From Campylobacterales bacterium (GTDB lineage: Bacteria > Campylobacterota > Campylobacteria > Campylobacterales > QNZT01): a stretch of DNA of 64,000 nt. Of the stretch, positions 19,932 to 29,717 are shown piece by piece. The DNA lies in the NCBI GenBank assembly GCA_027066435.1, contig JAMONX010000121.1, forward strand, positions 4,120 to 68,119. Reading direction: 5' to 3'. A program made the translations under genes and the position numbers. Position 1 is the stretch's first letter, and every line of letters begins with the position of its first letter. The notes beneath the pieces are model-generated. The model was not told the origin of the DNA and did not search any database. It saw only the letters and a list, made by a program, of their open reading frames with translations.

Positions 19932-20918
19932 ATGAAAGCATTGGCACTATTTAGTGGTGGACTTGACAGTATGCTTGCTATGAAGACGATTAGTGATATG
20001 GGGATAGAGGTAGTTGCACTTCATATGAATACAGGTTTTGGTGGTAGTAAAGATAAGAGTGATGTTATGAAAAGAAGAGCAAAAATAGCTGGAGCTGAAT
20101 TTGTTATTGTAGATGTAAGAGAAGAGTTTATTCAAAAGATTCTTTTTGATCCAAAACATGGATATGGGAAGTATTTTAATCCTTGTATAGATTGTCATGG
20201 TTATATGTTTAGGATAGCAAAAGCACTTATGCCAAAATATGAGGCACAATTTATCATAACAGGTGAGGTTTTAGGGCAAAGACCGATGAGCCAAAGAGCA
20301 GAAGCTATTGCTACAGTCACCCAGCTTGCTGAAGATGATGAAGGATTGATTCTTCGTCCTATGTGTGCAAAACATATGAAACCTACAAAGCCAGAGATAG
20401 AGGGTTGGGTTGATAGAGAAAAGCTTTATGATATAGAGGGAAGAAGTCGTGAAGTGCAACTTGGTTTGGCTAAAAAGTTTGGTTGGGAAGATTATCAAAG
20501 TCCTGGTGGTGGGTGTCTTTTGACAGAGGCCTATTTTAGTAAAAAGGTTGAAGAGTTTGTTGAGCATGATAGGCTTGAAGTGAGTGATATTGCTGTTTTA
20601 AAGCATGGAAGACATTTTAGATTGCCAGATGGTGCAAAACTTGTCATAGGCAGGGATAAAGAGGACAATGAAGCGATAGGAAAAGTCCAAAGTCCAAAGT
20701 ATTATTTTGGTGAAGCACAAGATATATCTGGTCCGTTGTCGCTTTTGTCTAAAACTGCTAGTGAAGATGATAAAAAATTAGCGGCTAAACTTATTTTGAC
20801 ATATACAAAACTTCCTAGCGATAAAGATGGTGAAGTAAAGTTGGGTGAAGAGCTTATAGTCGCATCTGCATTTGAAAATAAAGAGGCAACTAGAGAGTTT
20901 TTTGTTTCGGTTGATTAG
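19932..20918 (+). CDS. PP-loop ATP pyrophosphatase (ThiI/MnmA-like thiolation superfamily), exact function uncertain
   Basis: PP-loop ALFSGGLDSMLA. CIDCHGYMF and ITGEVLGQRPMSQ resemble the ThiI C-terminal domain. No THUMP domain. Confidence 0.6.
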   Translation: MKALALFSGGLDSMLAMKTISDMGIEVVALHMNTGFGGSKDKSDVMKRRAKIAGAEFVIVDVREEFIQKILFDPKHGYGKYFNPCIDCHGYMFRIAKALMPKYEAQFIITGEVLGQRPMSQRAEAIATVTQLAEDDEGLILRPMCAKHMKPTKPEIEGWVDREKLYDIEGRSREVQLGLAKKFGWEDYQSPGGGCLLTEAYFSKKVEEFVEHDRLEVSDIAVLKHGRHFRLPDGAKLVIGRDKEDNEAIGKVQSPKYYFGEAQDISGPLSLLSKTASEDDKKLAAKLILTYTKLPSDKDGEVKLGEELIVASAFENKEATREFFVSVD

Positions 20919-21454
20919 ATGTTTTCAAAAACATCTTTGATACTAATCTCTTCATCTAAGCAGTTAATTTTCATCAACTCTTCTATGTAGAAGCCTTTGA
21001 CATAATAATATTTTTCATTATTTAGTTCATATTTGTCAATGATTTTTAAAGTGGTATCTACTATAAAATACTCTTTTATTCCAAATCTTTCATAAAGCTC
21101 TTTTTTGACTCCTTTATCTTTATGTGCGGTAGAGTTTGATAACACTTCAAAAATTGCACAAGGTATTGGATTTTCACAAAAGAGCATTACATCTGGTTGT
21201 ACTACATTGATATTTCCAGCACGAGAGAGTTTTAGATCAAATGGAGCTACTCTTGGGATGCAGGTGCTATTTTTATCTTTTGCAATATTTTTTAAGATAA
21301 AAAATATATTGCCAACTGTATCTTGATGAGTTGCACTTGCACCTGCCATCATAAATATTTCTCCATTTATCAACTCTACCCGTTCGCTTGTGCTTTTGTC
21401 GATATCTAAGTAGTCTTGGTAGTTATAATTATCTAGTTTTAGTGCTTCATCCAT
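20915..21454 (-). CDS. Uma2 (DUF820) family PD-(D/E)xK endonuclease-like protein
   Basis: Uma2 pattern ELINGEIFMMAGASATHQ ... VQPDVMLFC ... FEVLSNST..KDKGVKKELYERFGIKEYFIVD. Confidence 0.7.
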   Translation of the reverse strand: MDEALKLDNYNYQDYLDIDKSTSERVELINGEIFMMAGASATHQDTVGNIFFILKNIAKDKNSTCIPRVAPFDLKLSRAGNINVVQPDVMLFCENPIPCAIFEVLSNSTAHKDKGVKKELYERFGIKEYFIVDTTLKIIDKYELNNEKYYYVKGFYIEELMKINCLDEEISIKDVFENI

Positions 21455-21542
21455 TGTTTATCTCCTGCTTCTTTCATTTTAGCATGTTTCTTGTTTAGTT
21501 TTTTTTTAATTTGACGATATATTTGTACTTAATAAAATAGAG

Positions 21543-23981
21543 GTGAGGATTTTGCATATAATTGTTGTTTTATTGCTGATTTTTTCTTCTGTTTGGTCTA
21601 TTGAAATTGATAGGGATTTACTTAAAGAGGAGATTAGGAATAGCCCTAAGAATGTTGCTTTAAAAATAGTATTGGCTCGTACTTATATCAGTCAAAGTGA
21701 TTTTGATGAAGTTAAAAAATTGCTTAGCGAAGTGTTAGGGATTGAAAAAGATAATCAAAATGCTTTGTCGTTGATAGAAGATATAAAAAAGATTAAATCA
21801 TTTACAAGTGATAAAAAAGATAAAAAGATATCAGATTCAAAAAAGTTAATTTTACATAGTGATAAGCTTTTTAAAAACAGGCAATATAAACAAATCCTTC
21901 AGATGCATAAGGTGCTTAAAAGAAATAGTATTTTATTTGATAGACGGATTGATTTAAATGCTATATGGAGTAGCATCTATACAAAAGATTACAGTAGGGC
22001 ATTTAAAATCATAAAAAAATCTTCACTCTCTAAAGAGGAAAAATATTACCTCAAAATAAAAACTCATCAAGCAAAAGGTGAATATCAACTATCTGAAAAT
22101 CTTTATAAAGAGGCTCTAAAAGATAGAGATAGTGAAAATCTTGTAGTTGGTTTGTATGAACTATATATTAAACAGCATAAGTATAAAGCAGCAAGAGAAC
22201 TTGTTAGTTCATATAAAAATGTAGCATTAGAAAAAATATCACCACTGCCTAAAGTTAAAGAAAATGTTAAACCAAAGAGTGAATTTGAGATCACAAAAGG
22301 GCAGTTTTTTAAACTAAAAGATGGTGGGCAAAAAGATAAAGCATTTGAATTACTCTCAAAATATGTTAAAAAAGATTCAAAAAATGAAGAAGCAGTATTA
22401 CTTTTAGCAAATCATCTATATTGGGATGGAAAGATAGAAGAGAGTTTTAGAGTATTAAAGCCATTCATAGGAAAAACTAACAATAAAGAGATAGTAGCTA
22501 GATACTCTGATATTCTTTTACAAAAAGCAGTAAAAGAGCATAAAGCAAAGAACTATGATAAAGCATTAAAACAATATATAGACCATTATAAAATAAACCA
22601 AGATGCAAAGACAGCTAAAGAGATAGCTGAGATATATTTTATGAAAGAGGAGTTTAAAGAGTCTCTATCATATTATAAAACTTATCTAAACTCAAATACA
22701 AAAGATTACAAGATTAGGTTTCGATATGCTGAGGCATTGCAGATGCAAAAGAGCTATTTGGAGGCTCAAAAGGAGTACAAAAAGGTACTTGGAGTAAATA
22801 GTGAGCTTTATACACTATCACTCTATCGATACTCAAATATGCTTATGTCTCAAAAAGATGAACGAAAATGGAATAAATCAAGAAGGGCATTGGAGTATCT
22901 TAAAAAAGAGTTACAAAAAGAGGAGAAAAGCAAAAATAGAGACTCACTTTTAAGATATACAGAAATTGCACTAAAAAAAGTAAGCAAACCTATGCCAAAA
23001 CCTGGAAAATTTAAAGATATTATGCTTTTACCTGGTCAGAAAAAAATTATAAAAAAGGGGACTATTTTTGAAGGTTCTAAGATGGAGGCTAGGGATATAA
23101 CTTCAGTCAAATCTATGTTTGGTCAGAGAGGAGTTGTAGAAAAAAGAGTTGCACAAAAAGATATAGAGTTTAATTTTCATATGTTAGAAGATAGTAGTAT
23201 TGATAACTTATCTCTTGGAATTCGTCTTAATAATATTGCAAAGTTTAAAGATGCACTGCTCTCTTTGGAGAGTAAAAAGTCAAGAGTTAAAACTGGTGAG
23301 TTAGAGCATACATTTGATAGTTTTTATACACATTTTGATATGCAGAATTTTTCTATTGGTGTTGGGATTGATAAATTTGAAAAGTTTGAAGATTTAAATA
23401 TAGAGCTTTTATATAACAGAGCATTTGTAGGGCATCAGATGACTTTTGGATTTTCTTATCAAAATGCAGCTTTTGTAAATTCTCTAGCTTACATGATAGA
23501 ACATAGGATAAATACGGTGCAATTTTCTCTCTATGATGCCATACTGCTTAGAAACTTAAAAGAGGCAGAGGTTAGTTTGGAGTTAAATATTTTTGATGAT
23601 GAAAATATAAATGTAAACAGTTGGTTAAATTATCCGATATATACAATGATGTATAGAGATTTTGAAAACTCTTTTTCATTGTCTGGGAGTTATCTTTTTA
23701 ATTCAAAAACAGACTTGGGTTATTTCCCAGCTAGGTTTTTTGATGGTAACTATATAAATATGAGACCTACTATTAACCTTGGAAAGATTGGTAAGATTGG
23801 TGGTTTTGGTGGTATGGGATACTCTATAAGAGAGAAAAATTTTTTATATAACTATGGGCTTTATGCCCAGTTTTTAGTATTTGGATTGTTTGATATAAAT
23901 ATAGATTGTCGTCACTATCAAAGTGGATACAGTCCTGATGGTGCAAATGAGTGTTATGCCAAAGCGGCTTATAAATGGTAG
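21543..23981 (+). CDS. TPR-repeat outer-membrane polysaccharide export scaffold/porin (PgaA/BcsC/PelB-like)
   Basis: Signal peptide. About 450 aa of TPR-like helical repeats. Beta-rich C-terminal ~290 aa ending ...AKAAYKW (aromatic terminus typical of OM barrels). First gene of the EPS operon. The start codon (GTG 21543 or TTG 21552) is uncertain. Confidence 0.6.
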   Translation: MRILHIIVVLLLIFSSVWSIEIDRDLLKEEIRNSPKNVALKIVLARTYISQSDFDEVKKLLSEVLGIEKDNQNALSLIEDIKKIKSFTSDKKDKKISDSKKLILHSDKLFKNRQYKQILQMHKVLKRNSILFDRRIDLNAIWSSIYTKDYSRAFKIIKKSSLSKEEKYYLKIKTHQAKGEYQLSENLYKEALKDRDSENLVVGLYELYIKQHKYKAARELVSSYKNVALEKISPLPKVKENVKPKSEFEITKGQFFKLKDGGQKDKAFELLSKYVKKDSKNEEAVLLLANHLYWDGKIEESFRVLKPFIGKTNNKEIVARYSDILLQKAVKEHKAKNYDKALKQYIDHYKINQDAKTAKEIAEIYFMKEEFKESLSYYKTYLNSNTKDYKIRFRYAEALQMQKSYLEAQKEYKKVLGVNSELYTLSLYRYSNMLMSQKDERKWNKSRRALEYLKKELQKEEKSKNRDSLLRYTEIALKKVSKPMPKPGKFKDIMLLPGQKKIIKKGTIFEGSKMEARDITSVKSMFGQRGVVEKRVAQKDIEFNFHMLEDSSIDNLSLGIRLNNIAKFKDALLSLESKKSRVKTGELEHTFDSFYTHFDMQNFSIGVGIDKFEKFEDLNIELLYNRAFVGHQMTFGFSYQNAAFVNSLAYMIEHRINTVQFSLYDAILLRNLKEAEVSLELNIFDDENINVNSWLNYPIYTMMYRDFENSFSLSGSYLFNSKTDLGYFPARFFDGNYINMRPTINLGKIGKIGGFGGMGYSIREKNFLYNYGLYAQFLVFGLFDINIDCRHYQSGYSPDGANECYAKAAYKW

Positions 23982-25270
23982 AGGATAAAATAGGAATGAA
24001 TGATAAAGTTATATCACTTAAATCGCAAGAGAATAGTACTCTTATAAAAGTGGCACTTGAACAAAACAAAGAGCAAAAGATGCTTTTTCTTTCGCATAAA
24101 GAGTCCTCTTTTGTTACTAATTCGTTTAAAGAGATAAATGACAACAACCAAAAGTTATCATACAGTTATCCCTATATAAGATTTATCTTTTTAAAAGATA
24201 GTTGGAGTATTCTAGATGCCTCTTATGGTAAAACTTTTTTCATAAATGAAGTACAAAAGATGATGAAAGAGGAAGATTTTGATACTCTCTATCTTCATAG
24301 AGGTGATACTTTCTTTGAAGGTAGCACAAAGAGAGATATCCAGAGAGTCATATCTGATATCATTGAAATCTCCAGGTATTACCATAAAAGAGTCATCTTT
24401 TCTTTCAATGAAAAAACTGCACTTGGAAAAATTATTGATGATGTTGTATCGGTTGAGGTAGATTTAGAGTTAGAGGCATTTAAAGATAGCGATGGAGTAT
24501 ATAAAAGTCGTATCATAAGATGTAAAAAAGAGCATACAAATATCGTACTTTTTTCAGATAAAAAAGAGGTGCTAGATTTTCACAAATATATATTTAAAAA
24601 AGATCCAAATATCAATTTTTTGTATATTGAGAAGCTAGATGTAAATAGTAAAACAGTTTTAGCTAATTCAGATATTATTATTTTTAACCTAGATAATATC
24701 GACCTTAAAGATCAGCTTTTACGATTTATTGATAAGCAGAGGTTAAAGACAAAGTTTCTATTTTTGAGTGATGAAAAAGTGATTCGAAAACGAGATAAGA
24801 TTCGTAAGCTTGAAAAGGGTATTTTTCAGGTTTATGAGAAATACTTTGACTTGCTTGAATATATTCATACTATTGAAAAAATTATAGGTAGAAATTTTTA
24901 CTCGGAAGTGTTAAAACAGGTAAATATAGTACCTACAAATAAATATTTTAAGCAGATAGAAGAGTTTGAAAATGTTGTTTATAATTTTAGAAATTATCAT
25001 ATCTATTTTAGTATTGTTGCCATTAAGTACGAAGATGAGAGTGCAGTAGATAAAGAGCTTGTAGAGAGTTGTATCAGGGAGTTAGATATGGTATATCATG
25101 ATGAGATAAATAAAAAATTACTTTTTTTACTTGTAGATATTTTTCCGTCAAATGGTTTCTCTTTGGTAAGTGAACGATTAAGAGAGCAAAAAGTCTCTAT
25201 TGTAAAAAAAGAAGCTTTTTGTGCTGATGAATTTATACACTTAATGGGAAAAAAGATAGAGTATGTTTAA
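23975..25270 (+). CDS. Cytoplasmic protein of unknown function; candidate regulatory subunit (receiver-like plus possibly degenerate GGDEF-like C-terminus)
   Basis: No TM segment or signal peptide. Overlaps both neighbours. The C-terminal segment FSIVAIKYED...CIRELDMVYHDEINKKLLFLLVD can be laid over the GGDEF core (RxxD present, GGDEF absent). This is a by-eye assignment only. Confidence 0.35.
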   Translation: MVEDKIGMNDKVISLKSQENSTLIKVALEQNKEQKMLFLSHKESSFVTNSFKEINDNNQKLSYSYPYIRFIFLKDSWSILDASYGKTFFINEVQKMMKEEDFDTLYLHRGDTFFEGSTKRDIQRVISDIIEISRYYHKRVIFSFNEKTALGKIIDDVVSVEVDLELEAFKDSDGVYKSRIIRCKKEHTNIVLFSDKKEVLDFHKYIFKKDPNINFLYIEKLDVNSKTVLANSDIIIFNLDNIDLKDQLLRFIDKQRLKTKFLFLSDEKVIRKRDKIRKLEKGIFQVYEKYFDLLEYIHTIEKIIGRNFYSEVLKQVNIVPTNKYFKQIEEFENVVYNFRNYHIYFSIVAIKYEDESAVDKELVESCIRELDMVYHDEINKKLLFLLVDIFPSNGFSLVSERLREQKVSIVKKEAFCADEFIHLMGKKIEYV

Positions 25271-26561
25271 GATACTGTTTTTAGTCATACTTCTTTTAGC
25301 TCTCTCATATTTAAGTCTCTATCAGTTGGAAAATCTTTATAGATATGAAGATTCTTTTGTTCAAGCTGGTGTGATTTTTATACTTATTTTTTCGTTGATT
25401 GTTATAGCTCGTTATTTTATTTTACTTCTTCTTTCAATGCTTAATCTTTTTAGACACGCAAGAGATAAGAGAGTTCCTTCTAAAGAACATAATATAATGG
25501 TATCTGTTATCGTTCCTTGCTATGATGAAGAGAAGGTAATCAAAGCATCTTTGGAGAGTTTAAAAAATCAAACATACACAAACTTTGAGATTATTGTTGT
25601 AGATGATGGAAGTAGTGATAACACTCATTTAGTTGCTAAAAATATGGAGTTTATTGATGGTAAAAGACGACTTATTGCATTGACTAAAAAAAATGGTGGT
25701 AAAGCAGAGGCATTAAACTTTGGAATAGAACAGGCAAAAGGTGAATTAATTCTTGCTGTAGATGCAGACTCTAAACTTTCACCAGATGCGATAGAGTTGA
25801 TGGTGGGTTATTTTGATGACCCAAAAGTTGGAGCAGTTGCAGGTTCGGTTTATGTTACCAATCAAAACACACTTTGGACAAAACTCCAAGCTTTAGAGTA
25901 TATTCAGGGGTTAAATTTAGTTAGAAATGGTCAGGCATATCTAAAGCTTGTAAATATTATTCCCGGACCCATTGGAATGTTTAGAAAATCAGCAATTATT
26001 GAAGCGGGTGGTTATCAGTATGACACCTATGCTGAGGATTGTGATTTGACTCTAAATCTTATCAATAATCATTACAAGATAGATTATGAGATAGATGCAG
26101 TCTCTTATACAGAGGCTCCTGAAGATTTGATGGATTTGTTAAAACAGCGATATAGATGGACTAGAGGGATTTTACAATCTATCTTAAAACATAAAGATAA
26201 ACTTTGGAAATTTCATAAGAATTTTGCGATGAGCATGGTTGTATGGTATATGTTATTTGAGGCTATTTTGTGGCCTGTTGCATCTATATTTGCCAATATC
26301 TTTATCATATTTTTAGCTATAAGTTCAGGGCAGAGTGAGATGCTCATCTACTGGTGGATTATATTTACCGTACTTGATGTTGCTGCTAGTTTATATTGTG
26401 TTAGTGTAACAAAAGAGCGGATGGGACTTGTTGTTTATGCCTTGTATTATAGGATGTTTTTTATCAATATTATAAATATAGCTAAAGTAATGGCATCTGT
26501 AGAAGAATTTTTTGGGATTAAAATGAACTGGGGTAAATTAGAGAGAAAAGGGAGGATATAA
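25263..26561 (+). CDS. Processive family 2 glycosyltransferase (PgaC/IcaA/NodC-like polysaccharide synthase)
   Basis: VIVPCYDEE, VDDGSSDNT, AVDADS and QRYRWTRG motifs. Two N-terminal and several C-terminal TM helices. Confidence 0.85.
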   Translation: MFKILFLVILLLALSYLSLYQLENLYRYEDSFVQAGVIFILIFSLIVIARYFILLLLSMLNLFRHARDKRVPSKEHNIMVSVIVPCYDEEKVIKASLESLKNQTYTNFEIIVVDDGSSDNTHLVAKNMEFIDGKRRLIALTKKNGGKAEALNFGIEQAKGELILAVDADSKLSPDAIELMVGYFDDPKVGAVAGSVYVTNQNTLWTKLQALEYIQGLNLVRNGQAYLKLVNIIPGPIGMFRKSAIIEAGGYQYDTYAEDCDLTLNLINNHYKIDYEIDAVSYTEAPEDLMDLLKQRYRWTRGILQSILKHKDKLWKFHKNFAMSMVVWYMLFEAILWPVASIFANIFIIFLAISSGQSEMLIYWWIIFTVLDVAASLYCVSVTKERMGLVVYALYYRMFFINIINIAKVMASVEEFFGIKMNWGKLERKGRI

Positions 26562-26755
26562 TGCCATTTGATATATTAAAAGTGCTTTCATATACTGTTG
26601 TAGTTATTACAGTATTAACTATGATTTTTGGAGTGTTGGCATATAATTTTTATAAAATTAGAGAGAGAAAAAGGGCAAAAAATAGTGCCTCTTTAGATGG
26701 TGCATTAGAACAAGTGAGAGATAAATATTTATATTTTCAAGAGAAGGAGTTATGA
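26561..26755 (+). CDS. 64-aa single-TM protein, positional analogue of PgaD/IcaD
   Basis: GGAGG Shine-Dalgarno 5 nt upstream. The ATG overlaps the GT2 stop codon, and its own stop overlaps the next start. One TM helix (YTVVVITVLTMIFGVLAYNFY) plus a basic tail. Confidence 0.6.
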   Translation: MPFDILKVLSYTVVVITVLTMIFGVLAYNFYKIRERKRAKNSASLDGALEQVRDKYLYFQEKEL

Positions 26756-28581
26756 TGATAGCAGTAAAGCAAAGAAAAAAAGATAACTATGGCTTAAAAA
26801 TGTTACTTTATATAATAGGGCTTTTTCTTATTATGGCTGCAATGTTTTATAAAATTGGACAAAATGAACCGTTAGCACCAAGCTTTGCAATGGCTCCTGT
26901 AACAGATAAGCCGATATATATTTTAAAATCATATGCAACTGCGGTAACTTATCAAAAAAATGGACTTCATCAAAGTCAATATAGCCAAAAGTTAGAAAAA
27001 TTTAATTCATATATCGCATCTATAGGGTATAAAACAGAGTATATCCAAGAGGATGGGGTTAAATCTCTTTCAATTGGAGATATACTTTTTATACCTGATG
27101 CTATAGCTTTGAGTTTAGATGCAAAAGAGCAAATTAAAATGTTTGTTAAAAGTGGTGGAAATATCTTTTTTAATTTTACAGCAGGTTTTAGTGATGCAAA
27201 AGGTAGATATTTAGGAGATGGTTTTGTAAATGAGATAACAGGATTAAAGATAAGTAAAGATAAAAAATTTATTAACTTCAAAGAGTCCATTTTTCTCACC
27301 CAAAGAGTTCTTTCACCGTTGAATAATACAAATAGTGGTATTTTACTAGATGCACCAACATATGATTTAATCCCAATTTATATCACACCTCAGAGTTTAA
27401 AACCAGATATATTTATGACAACTTATGATCAAATCAATCCGCCTCTTGCTAAAGATAAAAGTAGTGATTTTTTGCAAGAAGAGTCAGGGGCTTTTTGGCA
27501 TGGATATTATGGTGAAGGAAAGTGGTTTTATATAAATCTTCCTAGCTATATTTTTTATGACTCTTCGGAGCAACAAAATGATTATAAGCAGATAAGTCAT
27601 GCGATTATTAACTTTTTATCAACAGATGTAATAATCCAAAAATATCCTTATATCGATAGATCGAGTATAGTATTTGTTTCTGAAGATACTGAGTTTAAAT
27701 TTGAAAATTTTAAGAAGTTTAGTGATTTAGCAAGAAAATATGAAATACCTGTAACTGCATTTATAGTTTCAAGTTTGGCAGAGAAAAAAGAACATTATGA
27801 CATGATGCGTGAAATATCTAAAAATCCTTTTGTAGAGTTTGGCTCACACAGTCACAATCATAAAAAGATTGTAGATACCAATGAATCATATATCAAACAA
27901 GAGACAAGTAATACAAAAACTATACTAGACCATTTTGCGTCTAGTCCAATTATGGGATTTAGACCTCCTCGTGAAGAGTTAGATGCGACTATGAAGAGAA
28001 ACCTTAGTGAGAGTGGATTTAAGTATATATTGGGTAAAAGTCAAAATTATCTCTATCCAAGATATAGTGAGAGTGAAAATGAACTTTTGATAATTCCTAG
28101 ACATGGCACAGATGATTATAGTTATCTTATCAATTTAGATTGGGATCAAGATGAGATAGTTACTCAAATAAAAAAAGAGACAGAGTTTGTTACAGGACTA
28201 GATGGGATATTCTCACTAAGCATACATACCCATCTTTTTGCCTATAATAGCAATATAGATATAGTTGAGAAGTATTTTCAGTACTTAAAACGGAGCCCAA
28301 CACTAAAGCCGTTAAATGGTCGCTCTATTGCTCTAAGAGTAGCACAAAACAGAAATATCTATATAGATTATAGTAAAACGGGAGATACAATCGCTCTAAA
28401 TATTGAAAATAGAAGTAGCATTGGAGTTAATGATTTTCATCTAAAGCTATTTAAAAATCCAAACATAAAGATTAGTTCTATAAGTTCTAATCAAGCAAAA
28501 ATAAGTGAGGATTCTATCATAAATATAAAATATCTTGAACCAACAAGTAAAATAACACTTTTTATAGAGTTAGAAAATTGA
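26752..28581 (+). CDS. Membrane-anchored polysaccharide deacetylase (CE4/NodB domain) with an unassigned N-terminal periplasmic domain
   Basis: N-terminal TM anchor. CE4 motifs VFVSEDTE, GSHSHNH and FRPPREE in the C-terminal half. Residues ~50-290 match no motif I recognise. Confidence 0.75.
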   Translation: MMIAVKQRKKDNYGLKMLLYIIGLFLIMAAMFYKIGQNEPLAPSFAMAPVTDKPIYILKSYATAVTYQKNGLHQSQYSQKLEKFNSYIASIGYKTEYIQEDGVKSLSIGDILFIPDAIALSLDAKEQIKMFVKSGGNIFFNFTAGFSDAKGRYLGDGFVNEITGLKISKDKKFINFKESIFLTQRVLSPLNNTNSGILLDAPTYDLIPIYITPQSLKPDIFMTTYDQINPPLAKDKSSDFLQEESGAFWHGYYGEGKWFYINLPSYIFYDSSEQQNDYKQISHAIINFLSTDVIIQKYPYIDRSSIVFVSEDTEFKFENFKKFSDLARKYEIPVTAFIVSSLAEKKEHYDMMREISKNPFVEFGSHSHNHKKIVDTNESYIKQETSNTKTILDHFASSPIMGFRPPREELDATMKRNLSESGFKYILGKSQNYLYPRYSESENELLIIPRHGTDDYSYLINLDWDQDEIVTQIKKETEFVTGLDGIFSLSIHTHLFAYNSNIDIVEKYFQYLKRSPTLKPLNGRSIALRVAQNRNIYIDYSKTGDTIALNIENRSSIGVNDFHLKLFKNPNIKISSISSNQAKISEDSIINIKYLEPTSKITLFIELEN

Positions 28582-28582
28582 T

Positions 28583-29710
28583 ATGAAAGTTTTCTGGCTT
28601 GTTCTCTCTATCTTTATTATTCATCTAGATGCACAGAGTATCAAAATAGATAGAGATAAAGAGGTTCAAGATTATTATCAAAACTGGAAACAAAACTATC
28701 TTATAAAAGAGAAAAACAGTTTATATCGCATAGCAACTGATAAAAAAGATAAACAAAAAACAGTCTCTGAAGGGCAGGGATATGGGATGCTCATAACTGC
28801 CTTGATGACAAAAAATGACAAAGATTCACAAAAAGTATTTGATGGTTTGTGGAGATTTTCAAGAGATCATCAAAGCTCACTCTCCAAAAACTTAATGTCT
28901 TGGGAAGTTCCTGAAAAAAAAGGAGCAAACAGCAGTGCCTTTGATGGAGATGCAGATATCGCTTATGCTTTGATATTAGCTCACTATTTTTGGGGAAGCA
29001 AAGGAGAAATTGACTATAAAAAAGAGGCAAACAGAGTCTTAGATGCAATTTGGAAATATACGATAGGAGATAAAAGTCATCTCCCACTTTTGGGCGATTG
29101 GGTTCACAATAGTAGTGAAAAGTACAATCAATATACAGTCCGCACTTCAGACTTTATGACAGGACACTTTAAAGCTTTTTATAGATTTTCTGGTGATAAA
29201 AAGTGGCTAAAAGTAGTCAAAGCCACTCAAAAAGCTCTTCTTGATGTACAAGATAAAAAAACTGGACTAATTCCTGATTTTATCCGATATGACCATAAAA
29301 AAGGAGAATTTGTAGCTGAAAAAGAGGGCTTTTTAGAACATCATGACGGAGCATATTATTATAATGGGTGTCGAATTCCGTTTCGTCTTGGTGTTGATGT
29401 TTTGATAAACAAAGATGAAGTTTCAAAAAAGATAGTCCAAAAACTCTCACGATGGATAGAAAAAACTAGCCAAAATGACCCACTAAAGATAAAGAGTGGA
29501 TTTGAATTAGACGGTAAAGTTATCGGGGATTATTTCTCTATCGTATTTACTGCCCCTTTTGGAGTTTCAGCACTAGCAACTTCACAAAAAGATTTTGCAA
29601 CAAAAATATATGATGTTGTGAAAAATCGCCACGAAAACTATTATGAAGATAGTGTCGCACTACTTAGTTTGTTAGCGATGACTGGAAATTTTATAGATCC
29701 AACTAAATAG
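28583..29710 (+). CDS. Secreted glycoside hydrolase family 8 (endoglucanase/chitosanase-type)
   Basis: Signal peptide. GH8 signatures TVSEGQGYGMLI and SAFDGDADIAYALILA. Confidence 0.8.
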   Translation: MKVFWLVLSIFIIHLDAQSIKIDRDKEVQDYYQNWKQNYLIKEKNSLYRIATDKKDKQKTVSEGQGYGMLITALMTKNDKDSQKVFDGLWRFSRDHQSSLSKNLMSWEVPEKKGANSSAFDGDADIAYALILAHYFWGSKGEIDYKKEANRVLDAIWKYTIGDKSHLPLLGDWVHNSSEKYNQYTVRTSDFMTGHFKAFYRFSGDKKWLKVVKATQKALLDVQDKKTGLIPDFIRYDHKKGEFVAEKEGFLEHHDGAYYYNGCRIPFRLGVDVLINKDEVSKKIVQKLSRWIEKTSQNDPLKIKSGFELDGKVIGDYFSIVFTAPFGVSALATSQKDFATKIYDVVKNRHENYYEDSVALLSLLAMTGNFIDPTK

Positions 29711-29717
29711 AAAACTA

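Noticed and set aside
21511-21538. TTGACG-16 nt-TAAAAT as the promoter of the EPS operon
   Set aside because: The predicted TSS would fall at or after the only available start codons (GTG 21543, TTG 21552). This would require a leaderless mRNA and cannot be supported from sequence alone.
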